Counted from the stretch's first letter, positions 46,087 to 55,486 are shown. The stretch is 64,000 bases of DNA from Lentisphaeria bacterium (GCA_017646015.1 JAGCNI010000019.1:27735-91734), one strand, 5' to 3'. A program made the numbers and translations. The notes: generated by a model from the sequence alone, not told the origin.

Positions 46087-47461
46087 GGCGGACTTGCATC
46101 TCTTCCGGCTTAGGCAGTCGGGGCGTATCCATGGATTGCAGGAGTTGTGCGATTGCAAATCCGAGAAAGAAAAGAATTCCGAGAGCCAGAAGAAACAGGA
46201 TCGTTTTTATGAGTTTTTCATGTTTCTGCTGTTGCGGCGGCAATTGGAAATCTTCGACATTCATTGTCTGTACGGAACTGATCGGTCGTGCATCACTTCT
46301 TTGTTGATTCAATTTGATATGCGGTTCAGCCGGATGAATGGCGGAACGGCGTTTTTTCAGAAGAGCGGAAGGTGATTTTACTTTGTATGCCGCTGCGGTG
46401 ATTCTTTTTTCACTTCCGGAGAGTTCCGGCAGAGGGATATCCCGGAGGAGGGCAATGGGAACAGTGTCCGTATTATTGAGATACGAAGAAAGGACTTTGA
46501 TGATTTCCGTGTAACTTGGACGTTGTTCCGGGTAACGGTGCATCATACTGATGATCAAAGCATTCAGGACAGGGGGGATATCATGCCTCAGTTGAATGGG
46601 CGGTTTTGGATTTTCCCGGGTTCTGCACCAGATCAATTCTTCCAGATGTTCGTGCATGAACGGAGGGACACCTGTCAAGAGATGATAGAATGTTGCTCCG
46701 AGGCTATAAATATCGCCAGCCTGAGTTTCTTTTCCTGTACTGATTTTTTCGGGGCTGACATAGAGGGGGCTGACCCATGTATCCGTGGTTGAATTGACCG
46801 CATTATCTGCTGCTTCGAGCAGACTTTGTGCGATTCCGAAGTCACCGATTTTTGCATTGCCGTCTTCATCCAGCATGATGTTTGCGGGTTTGATATCGTG
46901 ATGAACGATTCCATGGCGCATTGCACTTTCCAATCCCTCGGCGACATCATGGATCCATTGTGCGACATCTTCACATGGGAGCGGTTCTTCAGAGAGTTCC
47001 AACTTTGTTTCGAGAGTTCCGCCCCGCATGAACTGCATAACGATATAAGTTTGTTTTTCATAGATTCCGCAAGTATAGATCGGGATCACAGAATAATGAT
47101 TGATCGTAGCGGTGGTTCTTGCCTCATTCAGGAAGATGTTGGATCGTTCACTTTCCGGGAGGATCTCTTCATTGAGGATTTTGATTGCAACTTCCCGGTC
47201 GAGCGTAACATCCAGCGCGCGGTAAACATTGGACATTCCGCCGATCCCGCAGGGTTCTTCCAGAAGATACTGTCCGAACCATTTCGGGATGATCAGCATT
47301 TCATTGCAAACCGGACATTCTATTTTTGAAAAAGGTTCGATTCCGGTCACATCGAGTTTCTGCTGACATTTGTGGCAAAAAATCTTGATCGTCCGGGTGC
47401 TGTCCGAGTCTGACTGCGTGCGGATCGTGATATTATTTCCCTGATTGATCTGCTCATCCAT
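46040..47461 (-). CDS. Hanks-type Ser/Thr protein kinase with N-terminal zinc-ribbon and C-terminal TM anchor
   Basis: 473 aa. CHKCQQKL...CPVCNEM (CxxC...CxxC), GIGGMSNVYRALD, VAIKIL, HHDIKPANIML, IGDFGIA. TM ILFLLALGILFFLGFAIAQLL near the C-terminus. Confidence 0.85.
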   Translation of the reverse strand: MDEQINQGNNITIRTQSDSDSTRTIKIFCHKCQQKLDVTGIEPFSKIECPVCNEMLIIPKWFGQYLLEEPCGIGGMSNVYRALDVTLDREVAIKILNEEILPESERSNIFLNEARTTATINHYSVIPIYTCGIYEKQTYIVMQFMRGGTLETKLELSEEPLPCEDVAQWIHDVAEGLESAMRHGIVHHDIKPANIMLDEDGNAKIGDFGIAQSLLEAADNAVNSTTDTWVSPLYVSPEKISTGKETQAGDIYSLGATFYHLLTGVPPFMHEHLEELIWCRTRENPKPPIQLRHDIPPVLNALIISMMHRYPEQRPSYTEIIKVLSSYLNNTDTVPIALLRDIPLPELSGSEKRITAAAYKVKSPSALLKKRRSAIHPAEPHIKLNQQRSDARPISSVQTMNVEDFQLPPQQQKHEKLIKTILFLLALGILFFLGFAIAQLLQSMDTPRLPKPEEMQVRLTPDGSSKVRPHTEY

Positions 47462-47476
47462 GATAATGAATCCTGT

Positions 47477-48268
47477 TTATTCTTCTGCCCACAAAGTGGC
47501 GAGTGGTTGATCTTGAACGGCGATTCTGAGGAAAATATCCTGTCTGTTCAGCCCGGCAAGTTTTTCTGCGGCGAGTTTTTCGACAAGCTCCCTGTTATTG
47601 CATTCCGAGCTGAGATGAGCCAGAACCAGCGAGGTGGATTCTTCTGTGAGCAATTCATCGAGAGCACTGAGTGCATCTGCATTGCTGAGGTGTCCGTGGC
47701 GGCTGAGAATGCGTCTTTTGAGTTGGATCGGTCGTGTGGAAGCCTGAAGCATCTGCGGATCATGATTGGATTCGAGGACGAGCAGAGTACATCCTTTCAA
47801 CTTCTGTCTTGCCAGCATATTCAGATGTCCGAGATCGGTAGCGACACCGATTTTCCGGCTGTATGCCTGAAAGACATATCCCACGGTATCGACTGCATCA
47901 TGGGGCAGCGTGAAAGGTTCGACAGTGATTCCAGCGATTTCAAAAGAACTGCCGGGAGCAATGACCGCCTGTTTTTCGGGAAGGAACTTGCAGCGTTCAC
48001 CTTCATGGCGTGTTGCGGCAGTGAAATAGGAACAGATTTTATAGCGGTCGGCGAAAGCGCGGCATCCTTTTGTATGATCTCCATGACCGTGAGTGATCAG
48101 AACAGCCTGAATGGATTGGGGTTCGATCCCGGAATATTGAAGTCTTTTTTCTATTTCTTTCGCGGAGAATCCTGCATCGAGGAGGATTGCCCCGTCCGGA
48201 CCATGGATCACGCTGGCATTTCCCCGGCTTCCGCTGCCCAGCACCGTGATCCCAAATTTACCTTTCAT
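47477..48268 (-). CDS. MBL-fold metallo-hydrolase (YycJ-like)
   Basis: 263 aa. VLITHGHGDHTKG (HxHxDH), with later His/Asp ligands. It lies 15 nt upstream of the kinase gene. Confidence 0.8.
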   Translation of the reverse strand: MKGKFGITVLGSGSRGNASVIHGPDGAILLDAGFSAKEIEKRLQYSGIEPQSIQAVLITHGHGDHTKGCRAFADRYKICSYFTAATRHEGERCKFLPEKQAVIAPGSSFEIAGITVEPFTLPHDAVDTVGYVFQAYSRKIGVATDLGHLNMLARQKLKGCTLLVLESNHDPQMLQASTRPIQLKRRILSRHGHLSNADALSALDELLTEESTSLVLAHLSSECNNRELVEKLAAEKLAGLNRQDIFLRIAVQDQPLATLWAEE

Positions 48269-48297
48269 TGCTGTATTTACTCCTGTTGAATATCAGT

Positions 48298-48313
48298 TGG
48301 CATGGATTTTGCT
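48298..48313 (+). promoter_or_regulatory. Sigma-54-type -24/-12 promoter match upstream of rpoN
   Basis: TGGCATGGATTTTGCT has GG at 48299-48300 and GC at 48311-48312 with exactly 10 intervening nt, versus the consensus TGGCAC-N5-TTGCW. It lies ~127 nt upstream of ATG 48440. This is a single match and could be chance. Confidence 0.35.
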
Positions 48314-48439
48314 TGCTTTTTTTACAAGAAAACCGCCATTTAAATTTGTTTTTTTTCTTTTTGGGGTTATTATAATACTCCGAATATGTTTTTTAAAACA
48401 TAAATCGTAACTTTTTTGCATTTTTTTCAGGAATACGGA

Positions 48440-49894
48440 ATGGAAACAGCTTTTAACATCACTCCCCAGCAGCATCAGGAACAGAATTTGAATCTGACTC
48501 CTCAGCAGTTTCAATCTCTGGGACTTCTTTTTTCTCCTTTGATGGAGCTGGAGACCAAAATCAATGAGGAGCTGATGAAAAATCCGGTTCTTGAATTGGA
48601 ATCGCCGGAGAATGGATCTGAGGAGGAGACAGAAGAAAGCGATCTTCCGGACGGGTCTTATCCTGATGAGGATGATCTTATGCAGCCTGTCAGCGACTAT
48701 GTCATGGATGCCAACCGGGAGGATTACGAAGAATATCTGGATCATGTTCTGGATACTCCACCGCCGGGGGAGGGGGATGAGGAGAGAACACGGCGGGATC
48801 ATCTTTTTGAATCTATTGCGGTGGAAATATCATTGCAGGATCATCTGTTGGATCAGCTGCGTTTTGTGGAAACCTCACCGTCTGTTTTTGCGTGTGCGGA
48901 GTATGTGATCGGCAGTCTGGATGAACACGGTTATTTCAAAGAGGGAACGATCGCCGATGCCGCTCAATCTGTCGGTGGTGATTTGCAGGAGGCGGAAGAG
49001 GCATTGACTCTGGTACAATCTTTTGAACCTGCGGGGATCGCTGCCCGTGATCTTCAGGAATGTCTGCTGCTGCAAGTCCGGCGCGGGAAGAAAGGGCGGC
49101 ATTTTCTGGAAATGCTGATCCGCGAACATCTGGATGATCTTGCCCACAACCGATTGCCGAAGATCGCAGAGGAGATGGATATTACAATGGATCGTTTGAA
49201 CCGTCTTGTGGCGGAATTGCGTATGCTTGATCCTCATCCGGGATCGACAGCAGCTTCTCCTGATTTGATGTATATTCTGCCGGAGGTTACTGTGGTTCCG
49301 GATGGAAATTCTTTCCGATTGGAAGAAAACAGACCCTCCTGCGGCAGATTGACAATTTCCAGAAGTTATCAGAAGATGTTGGAAAATCCAGCTCTTGCAG
49401 CGGAGGATAAGGCGTATTTGCGTTCTCATATCAAAAACGGGAAAGCCCTGATCCACAGTCTTGAGCTGCGGCAGTCCACGATCATGCGGATCGCAGAACA
49501 GATCCTGAATGTGCAATTTGATTTTATGAAATACGGCCCCCGGGCACTGCGTCCCATGACAATGCGGGAAGTTGCAGACAAGTTGGGTTTCAATGAAGCC
49601 ACGATCAGTCGTGCCGTTGCCGGTAAATATATACAGACACCGGTCGGTCTTTATGAATTCCGCTTTTTCTTTTCCAGTGGATTTGTTTCCGAAGAAGGGG
49701 AAGAGATTTCCGCCCATGCAGTCAAGGATCTGATCCGTTCATTTGTGGATGCGGAAGATACCGCTCATCCGTTGTCGGACAGCAAACTGGCGGCGATGCT
49801 GAAAGAGCGCGGACTTGATGTTGCCCGTCGCACCGTTGCAAAATACCGGGAAGAATTATCCATTCAATCATCACAAATGAGAAAGACTTTTTGA
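48440..49894 (+). CDS. rpoN: RNA polymerase sigma-54 factor
   Basis: I prefer ATG 48440 (METAFNITPQQHQEQNLNLTPQQFQSLGLL). Gln-rich region I, an acidic region II, and the C-terminal RpoN box ARRTVAKYREEL. Confidence 0.9.
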   Translation: METAFNITPQQHQEQNLNLTPQQFQSLGLLFSPLMELETKINEELMKNPVLELESPENGSEEETEESDLPDGSYPDEDDLMQPVSDYVMDANREDYEEYLDHVLDTPPPGEGDEERTRRDHLFESIAVEISLQDHLLDQLRFVETSPSVFACAEYVIGSLDEHGYFKEGTIADAAQSVGGDLQEAEEALTLVQSFEPAGIAARDLQECLLLQVRRGKKGRHFLEMLIREHLDDLAHNRLPKIAEEMDITMDRLNRLVAELRMLDPHPGSTAASPDLMYILPEVTVVPDGNSFRLEENRPSCGRLTISRSYQKMLENPALAAEDKAYLRSHIKNGKALIHSLELRQSTIMRIAEQILNVQFDFMKYGPRALRPMTMREVADKLGFNEATISRAVAGKYIQTPVGLYEFRFFFSSGFVSEEGEEISAHAVKDLIRSFVDAEDTAHPLSDSKLAAMLKERGLDVARRTVAKYREELSIQSSQMRKTF

Positions 49895-49896
49895 AT

Positions 49897-52182
49897 ATGA
49901 TCACTTATCTGAAAGAACATCCGGCACTGCGTAATTTTCTTTTGTTTCTGATTGTAGTCCTGAGTGCTTTTGCCATGCGGACTCATAACTATAACCGTGA
50001 GGCTGAATCGGTGGCATATTTACAGGGGGGAACACCAGCGGTGAAACAGAGTTTCATGGGGAAATTTCTTCCAGTGACACATTTGCATTTCATGCCTTAT
50101 ACGATCGAGTGTGCCATGATGTATGGTTATATTCAGGATATTGCGGCTGGAAAAGGGGTGGCATCTTCAGATAAGAATCTGCATGGTTTGGAAGATATTG
50201 CTCCGTATGCTCAAATGATTATGGGATTGGAATGGTTCCTCGGATGGGGATACCGGATCAAGTCCATGATTTTCCCGGATCCTTCACCGGGAAAGGAACA
50301 ACAGCGTTTTCAGGATAATGTATATCTTGCCCAGTGGACTGCATTTCAGTTGCGTTTATGGATCAGTCTCGGCTCCGGATTTCTGTTTTTACTGCTGCTG
50401 ACCTTGAAATGCCGTACCTCTCTGGCATTTTTCGGAGGAATGTTTCATGCTGTTGCGATCAGTGCGATCGCGCGTTCCACGGGACAGGATATTATCCGCG
50501 GAAATTTTGCTTTGCCTGTGATTTGCGGATTCCTTCTTCTGCTCTACTCCTGTTATACCCGTCCTGCCCGCTGGAAATACATTTTGCTGGCATTGACAGC
50601 TTTTCTTGCGTTTTCCACCTGGGATCTCTGTCTCGGTTTCTTCAGTGCACTTGTGATGTATGAGATCGGCCGCTGGCTTCTCGGTGGAATTGTTTCGGAG
50701 TCCCGGCGGAAAAGTTGGATCCTGGTTGGGAGTGCAGTTGTTTTGAGTTCTCTTTTGATTCCGTTCAACAGAGCATATCAGACCATTATGTCGCCCTTGG
50801 TGCTGATTCTGCTGCCATTGCTTGCTGTGATTTTCTGGAAATGGAAGAGTCTCTGGCATTGGAAGAAACGTTTTCTGGTGATTTTGTTTGTGGGGGCAGG
50901 ATTGTGGTGTGTATGGAATTTCTGTGTGAAGACCCCTTATTATGTTTCACATTACAGCCATTTCAGCGAACTGACTGCTGCCAAACTCAAATTCAATAAT
51001 GTCAAACCGAAAGATCCGGAAAAGCTCAGTTATGATGCCCGTATGATGTGGACTCCTGCCATGCATTCTGCGGATTGGAAAATCATTGCTACATATTTCC
51101 CGTCTCCCGGAATTTTGTGTCCGGGACGTTCTATGTTCAAATCGTTGAATCAGATCCTTTCATATACACCGTTCTCTCTGACGTTGTTCTATCTTCTCCT
51201 GCTGGCTGTTCCTTTTTTTCCGACGGCTGCCGGATTTGTAAAACGGAATCTGCCCCGCTCTCTGTTTCCGCTTGTATTTACCTTTGTCTTTACGATCGGT
51301 TTTATTTATATTGTCCGTTATCATGAATTTCTGATTCTGTTTCTTGTGTTGGCACTATCGCTTTTATTGGATGATATTTTTCAGTCGATCCGTTATTCTC
51401 TGAAAAAGAAGCCGGAAAAAAGGGAGCGGTGTTTATTGAAAACGATCCGTTTTCTGTTGTTGTTTGCGCTTGTTTTTCTCTTGATCCTGGAGTTGACAGT
51501 ATCTCTTTTCGGGAAGCGGAATTATGATGGAGAAGTCCGTTTCCGTGAAACCGCTTCTCTTCTGGAATGGTTCAGAACGGAACGGATCGATGGAAAGGGG
51601 GTATTGACAGATTTCGGTTTGGGGCCCATGTTGAAATGTTATGCGGGAACAGCGATCGCATTGCAGCCGCAGTTCGGATTGGAACGGATCCGCCGTCCGG
51701 TTGAGATATGGCTGAATCTGTTGTATCACGGAACAGAACAGCAATTGGCGGAGTTCTGTAATGATCTCAATATGGATTTTGTTGTTTTCAATTACGGTTA
51801 TACCGGACCTCTGCACATTTATTCAGACCGTTATATTGCCGGAGCCAAAAAAATCCGTGGTACATCACCCGCAAATCTGATGCGTTACAGACCTGATATG
51901 TTATCATGGTTTTACCGGATCACTCCGCCGGTACAGTTCCGCAATGTGAGTGGCGTGTATTCTGTATTCCGGGTGATCCGACCGCAGGCAAGAGTGCAGG
52001 CTGTCCGCTTGTGTTTCAGAGCTCAGGATGCGTACCGTCGGGGAAAAATATCTCAAGCCCGGCGTATGATTGCCAACGCATTTATGCTGGATCCTGTATC
52101 GGAACAGATCCGGATCGCCTATTTCAGAATTTTCGGAGAGATGCCGGTGCTTGGACTTAACGGGATCCGCAGATCTCGATGA
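49897..52182 (+). CDS. Large polytopic membrane protein, GT-C-like with TPR-like C-terminal tail (hypothetical)
   Basis: ~761 aa from ATG 49897, 2 nt after the rpoN stop (a TTG at 49891 would overlap it). More than 12 hydrophobic helices, a soluble ~170-aa C-terminal region, and a terminal helical repeat (AQDAYRRGKISQARRMIANAFMLDP). No family recognised with confidence. Confidence 0.45.
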   Translation: MITYLKEHPALRNFLLFLIVVLSAFAMRTHNYNREAESVAYLQGGTPAVKQSFMGKFLPVTHLHFMPYTIECAMMYGYIQDIAAGKGVASSDKNLHGLEDIAPYAQMIMGLEWFLGWGYRIKSMIFPDPSPGKEQQRFQDNVYLAQWTAFQLRLWISLGSGFLFLLLLTLKCRTSLAFFGGMFHAVAISAIARSTGQDIIRGNFALPVICGFLLLLYSCYTRPARWKYILLALTAFLAFSTWDLCLGFFSALVMYEIGRWLLGGIVSESRRKSWILVGSAVVLSSLLIPFNRAYQTIMSPLVLILLPLLAVIFWKWKSLWHWKKRFLVILFVGAGLWCVWNFCVKTPYYVSHYSHFSELTAAKLKFNNVKPKDPEKLSYDARMMWTPAMHSADWKIIATYFPSPGILCPGRSMFKSLNQILSYTPFSLTLFYLLLLAVPFFPTAAGFVKRNLPRSLFPLVFTFVFTIGFIYIVRYHEFLILFLVLALSLLLDDIFQSIRYSLKKKPEKRERCLLKTIRFLLLFALVFLLILELTVSLFGKRNYDGEVRFRETASLLEWFRTERIDGKGVLTDFGLGPMLKCYAGTAIALQPQFGLERIRRPVEIWLNLLYHGTEQQLAEFCNDLNMDFVVFNYGYTGPLHIYSDRYIAGAKKIRGTSPANLMRYRPDMLSWFYRITPPVQFRNVSGVYSVFRVIRPQARVQAVRLCFRAQDAYRRGKISQARRMIANAFMLDPVSEQIRIAYFRIFGEMPVLGLNGIRRSR

Positions 52183-53035
52183 GTAGAGCTTCCGGAGGAC
52201 AGAAAAATCTCCGGCGGATGAATGTCATACCCATTCCCGCAGAGATAAACAGTCTTGTACCGCTTTTCCTGTGCTGATAGAGACCGTATTCAAATTTTTT
52301 CCAGTGAATGGAAGAGGTCATGACTGCCCCGAACCCGGGAATACGGATCTGTCCGCCGTGGGTGTGTCCGCACAGGATCAGATCGATTCCGGCAAGATCC
52401 TGTTCTGTCAATGTTTCCGGGATCGTATCGGGATTGTGAGCAATGACACATTCAAACATTTTCTGCGGCTGTTTTTGCGGTTGATAGAAAGGAGCACCTT
52501 TCCGGTATTCATCCAAACCGTAAAAACGGATTTTATTATCGGGAGTCACAAGGGCTTCATTTTCGAGAATTTGTATATTTCCCTGTTGGGAAATCATTTC
52601 TTTCCATTTTTTCTGAGGCAACCATTTTTTCATCAAATCCCAGTTGCCATAGACGCCAGCTTTGACACCATCGCAGGAGATGGATGCAAGCAAATCTGTT
52701 GTTTCCTGAAAATTACAGAGATATGCCATCAGATCCCCGCCGGAGATCAGGTGATCCGGGCGGTATTCCGAGATGAAATCCCGGAGAAAATTTTTTGCAG
52801 GAACATGGTTGTTCCATTCCGCTTTGCCGGGGAAGAAAGAGATACAACTTTGCGGTCTCAGGTGGAGGTCGGAGAAAAAAAGAATCCGTGTTCTGTTCAA
52901 ATCAGAACACGAATTCCATGAATGAGTATAAAACACCTGCCGGAAAGCACCTGTATTTTTTATTTGCAGGTACTTTTCCGGATTTCTGACTTTTTTCCAG
53001 TCAGAAGGATCATGTTTCAGCTCAGCCCCTTTCAC
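52157..53035 (-). CDS. Calcineurin-like metallophosphoesterase (YkuE-type)
   Basis: 292 aa. GTG start in a GTGA overlap with the greA-like stop. ILFFSDLHL, GGDLM, YGNWD, LCGHTHGGQIRIPGFG. Confidence 0.8.
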   Translation of the reverse strand: MKGAELKHDPSDWKKVRNPEKYLQIKNTGAFRQVFYTHSWNSCSDLNRTRILFFSDLHLRPQSCISFFPGKAEWNNHVPAKNFLRDFISEYRPDHLISGGDLMAYLCNFQETTDLLASISCDGVKAGVYGNWDLMKKWLPQKKWKEMISQQGNIQILENEALVTPDNKIRFYGLDEYRKGAPFYQPQKQPQKMFECVIAHNPDTIPETLTEQDLAGIDLILCGHTHGGQIRIPGFGAVMTSSIHWKKFEYGLYQHRKSGTRLFISAGMGMTFIRRRFFCPPEALLIEICGSR

Positions 53036-55140
53036 TCGTCAGAGGAAAGTTCTTTGATGAGTTCAGCGGGGAGAGTATCGATTGCAGTCACAGTGACATT
53101 TGCGCCGTCGGGGAGAGTGACAGTATCGCCGATTTTAGCACCGAGCAGAGTTTCCCCGAATTTTGTTTTGTAGGAAACAAGGTTGCGATCGGGGTTACCA
53201 TCCCATGCACCGACGATGCAATAGACTTTTCCGGTACCGTCAGCGGTTTTGAGAGAAACCGAAGTACCCATGGAGACTTTGGATGTATCTGCTTTGAATT
53301 CATTGAAGTCGATCGGCTGAACGGTTGCGACGAGAGTTTCGAGTTCGGAACGGCGTCTCTGGAGGAAACGGCGTCTTTCTTTTGCGGCATCGTATTCAGC
53401 GTTTTCACGGAAGTCACCGAATCCGCGTGCGATTTCGATCGCTTTGTTATTTTCGGGGACCTGCACTTTAACGATATCTTCGAGTTCAGCAATGAGAGCT
53501 TTATAAGAAGATTTGGATGTCATCGGAGCTTCTTTCTGTTTTGAGCTCTGATCATTCTGGTTTGCCATGAGTTTCTTGCCTTCGCCGCTTTCGATATGAG
53601 CGGTGAGAGCTTCGGAATGACGAGAGAGTTTGACGAGCAAGCTCTGACATTCACCGGGAGCCATATTTCTCATTCTCTGGATGGAGCTGATGATCGACGG
53701 GATATTGGAACCGGCGTTTTCAAGGACAAATTTCTGGAAATCAGCTTTTTCAAAGAGATGTTTTTTCAGTTCGCGCTGAGCTGCAGTCCATTCTTTGGGA
53801 AGACCTTCGATGGAGAGAGCATAAGCGATATTTGCCATGGTGATGAAATTTTTGATTTCAACAGGATATTTGTTTTTGTTTTTCCAGATATTCATGATGA
53901 TATCGGAAGAGAGATGTTCTTCTGTGAAGAGAGCATCGGAAATATCATCCATAGTAAGGGTTTCAAAGATGATGTTGATACAGCGGAGCGGCAGATTCAT
54001 AGCCAGTTTTGCGATTTCCAATTTGGAATAGAGCAACGCTGCGATTTTGAGGAATCCGGGGAAGAGACGAACCGGAAGGCGTCCCCAGATTTCCAGATTT
54101 TTCAGTGTGACAGCATTTCCGATTTCAGAGGGGAAGAAGGGAACTTTACCGCGGAGGACAGAGAAGATCCCTTTCAATGTTTCATCATCGGCACAGTCTG
54201 CCAGTTCAGCGACACATCCGGCAAGCATTTCCAGATCTTTGGGAGCCAGTCCCTGACGGACATTGGAGAAAAGTTTTGTCAGTTTTGCTGCGCCTTCTGC
54301 ATCGACTTTGACCTGTTCCGGAGTCAGATTTTTCAGCAGTGTCTGAAGTTCCAGAATACTGCGTGCATCCTGGAAAGAACGCTGTTTCGGAGCTGTGCTG
54401 ACAGCCGGAGCTGCGCTGTTCCACCATGCAGTAAACTCTTCATTGGAGAAGATTGCGGGAACGAACATGTGCTGGATGATTTCTCTGTTTTTTGTTTCAG
54501 AAAGATCACCGAGAGCATTCTGATTGAGTTTTTCACGATAATATGCAGCTGCTTTGACAGTTCTCTTGGAAGTGGCGATGATATTGGTCATTTCCATATT
54601 GGGTTCAAAGAAGTAGCAGTTATTGAGTGCATTTGCGATCGGAATGGAGATCTGACCGCCGGAATTGAAAGAAGCCACTGCGATAGATGCAACGACTTTA
54701 TCGATATTGGTGACTCTGCCCCAGATTTTTGATTCAAACTGATAGACATACGCATTGGTTTTGAGGTGCTGCAATTTCCGGATGCGGGCTGCGATATCGG
54801 AAACACTGATAGACTGTTCTCTTGCTCCGACAGCTTTTGCAACGCCGGGACTGGAGATGTATGGCGGTAAAAATTTACGGATCGCACTATGCAGAGCGAT
54901 CCGGAAAGCAGAGGAGTCAAGAATAGATTTTTCAGCAAGATAGAGACAAATTGCTGCTTTTGTATCATCTTTGTAAATAGATTCGTCCCAGGCATCGAAA
55001 AGGATGTCGAAGTTGGAAGCAGACTCTTTGATAAGTTTCACATCTGCTGTTTTAATGGTTTTGTAGAGTTGTTCAACAGCTGCATCATTATCTGTCTGCG
55101 CGGCTGCTACGATCAAATCATCAAGTTCATGCCCGTTCAT
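53032..55140 (-). CDS. greA: Long-form GreA-like transcript cleavage factor (C-terminal GreA domain with ~540-aa N-terminal extension)
   Basis: 702 aa. The last ~155 aa carry the GreA coiled-coil tip and the FKBP-like domain: GFGDFRENAEYDAAKERRRFLQRRRSELETL, VSMGTSVSLK, YCIVGAWDGNPDRNLVSYKTKFGETLLGAKIGDTVTL. No domain recognised in the N-terminal helical region. Confidence 0.75.
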   Translation of the reverse strand: MNGHELDDLIVAAAQTDNDAAVEQLYKTIKTADVKLIKESASNFDILFDAWDESIYKDDTKAAICLYLAEKSILDSSAFRIALHSAIRKFLPPYISSPGVAKAVGAREQSISVSDIAARIRKLQHLKTNAYVYQFESKIWGRVTNIDKVVASIAVASFNSGGQISIPIANALNNCYFFEPNMEMTNIIATSKRTVKAAAYYREKLNQNALGDLSETKNREIIQHMFVPAIFSNEEFTAWWNSAAPAVSTAPKQRSFQDARSILELQTLLKNLTPEQVKVDAEGAAKLTKLFSNVRQGLAPKDLEMLAGCVAELADCADDETLKGIFSVLRGKVPFFPSEIGNAVTLKNLEIWGRLPVRLFPGFLKIAALLYSKLEIAKLAMNLPLRCINIIFETLTMDDISDALFTEEHLSSDIIMNIWKNKNKYPVEIKNFITMANIAYALSIEGLPKEWTAAQRELKKHLFEKADFQKFVLENAGSNIPSIISSIQRMRNMAPGECQSLLVKLSRHSEALTAHIESGEGKKLMANQNDQSSKQKEAPMTSKSSYKALIAELEDIVKVQVPENNKAIEIARGFGDFRENAEYDAAKERRRFLQRRRSELETLVATVQPIDFNEFKADTSKVSMGTSVSLKTADGTGKVYCIVGAWDGNPDRNLVSYKTKFGETLLGAKIGDTVTLPDGANVTVTAIDTLPAELIKELSSDE

Positions 55141-55486
55141 CTTCAGATCTGCTCCTTGTCGTTAATCATACTGAATTTTGGTAGCCTGATAATATATCCC
55201 CGTAACAGTGTTTTTTCAATAGCGGAGAATCGTATATTTTGAAAAAATCCGGGGATTTCTCCGGTGAAAATTCTCTTTCCGGAGAATTTGAGCATAAAGT
55301 GCTCTGTTTTCCGGCTGAAAAATGAGGTCTGTTTTCAGCGTTTTTCATTCAGAAAATTCAAGTTATTTTTTTCTTTATGTCTTGAATTTGTTCCGTCTTG
55401 AGTTTATAGTAAATGCAACCTATTGGATAGAAGAAGCAAAAGTCTATATATCATAAAAGATTTTATTAAACGGGAGAAGATGAAAA

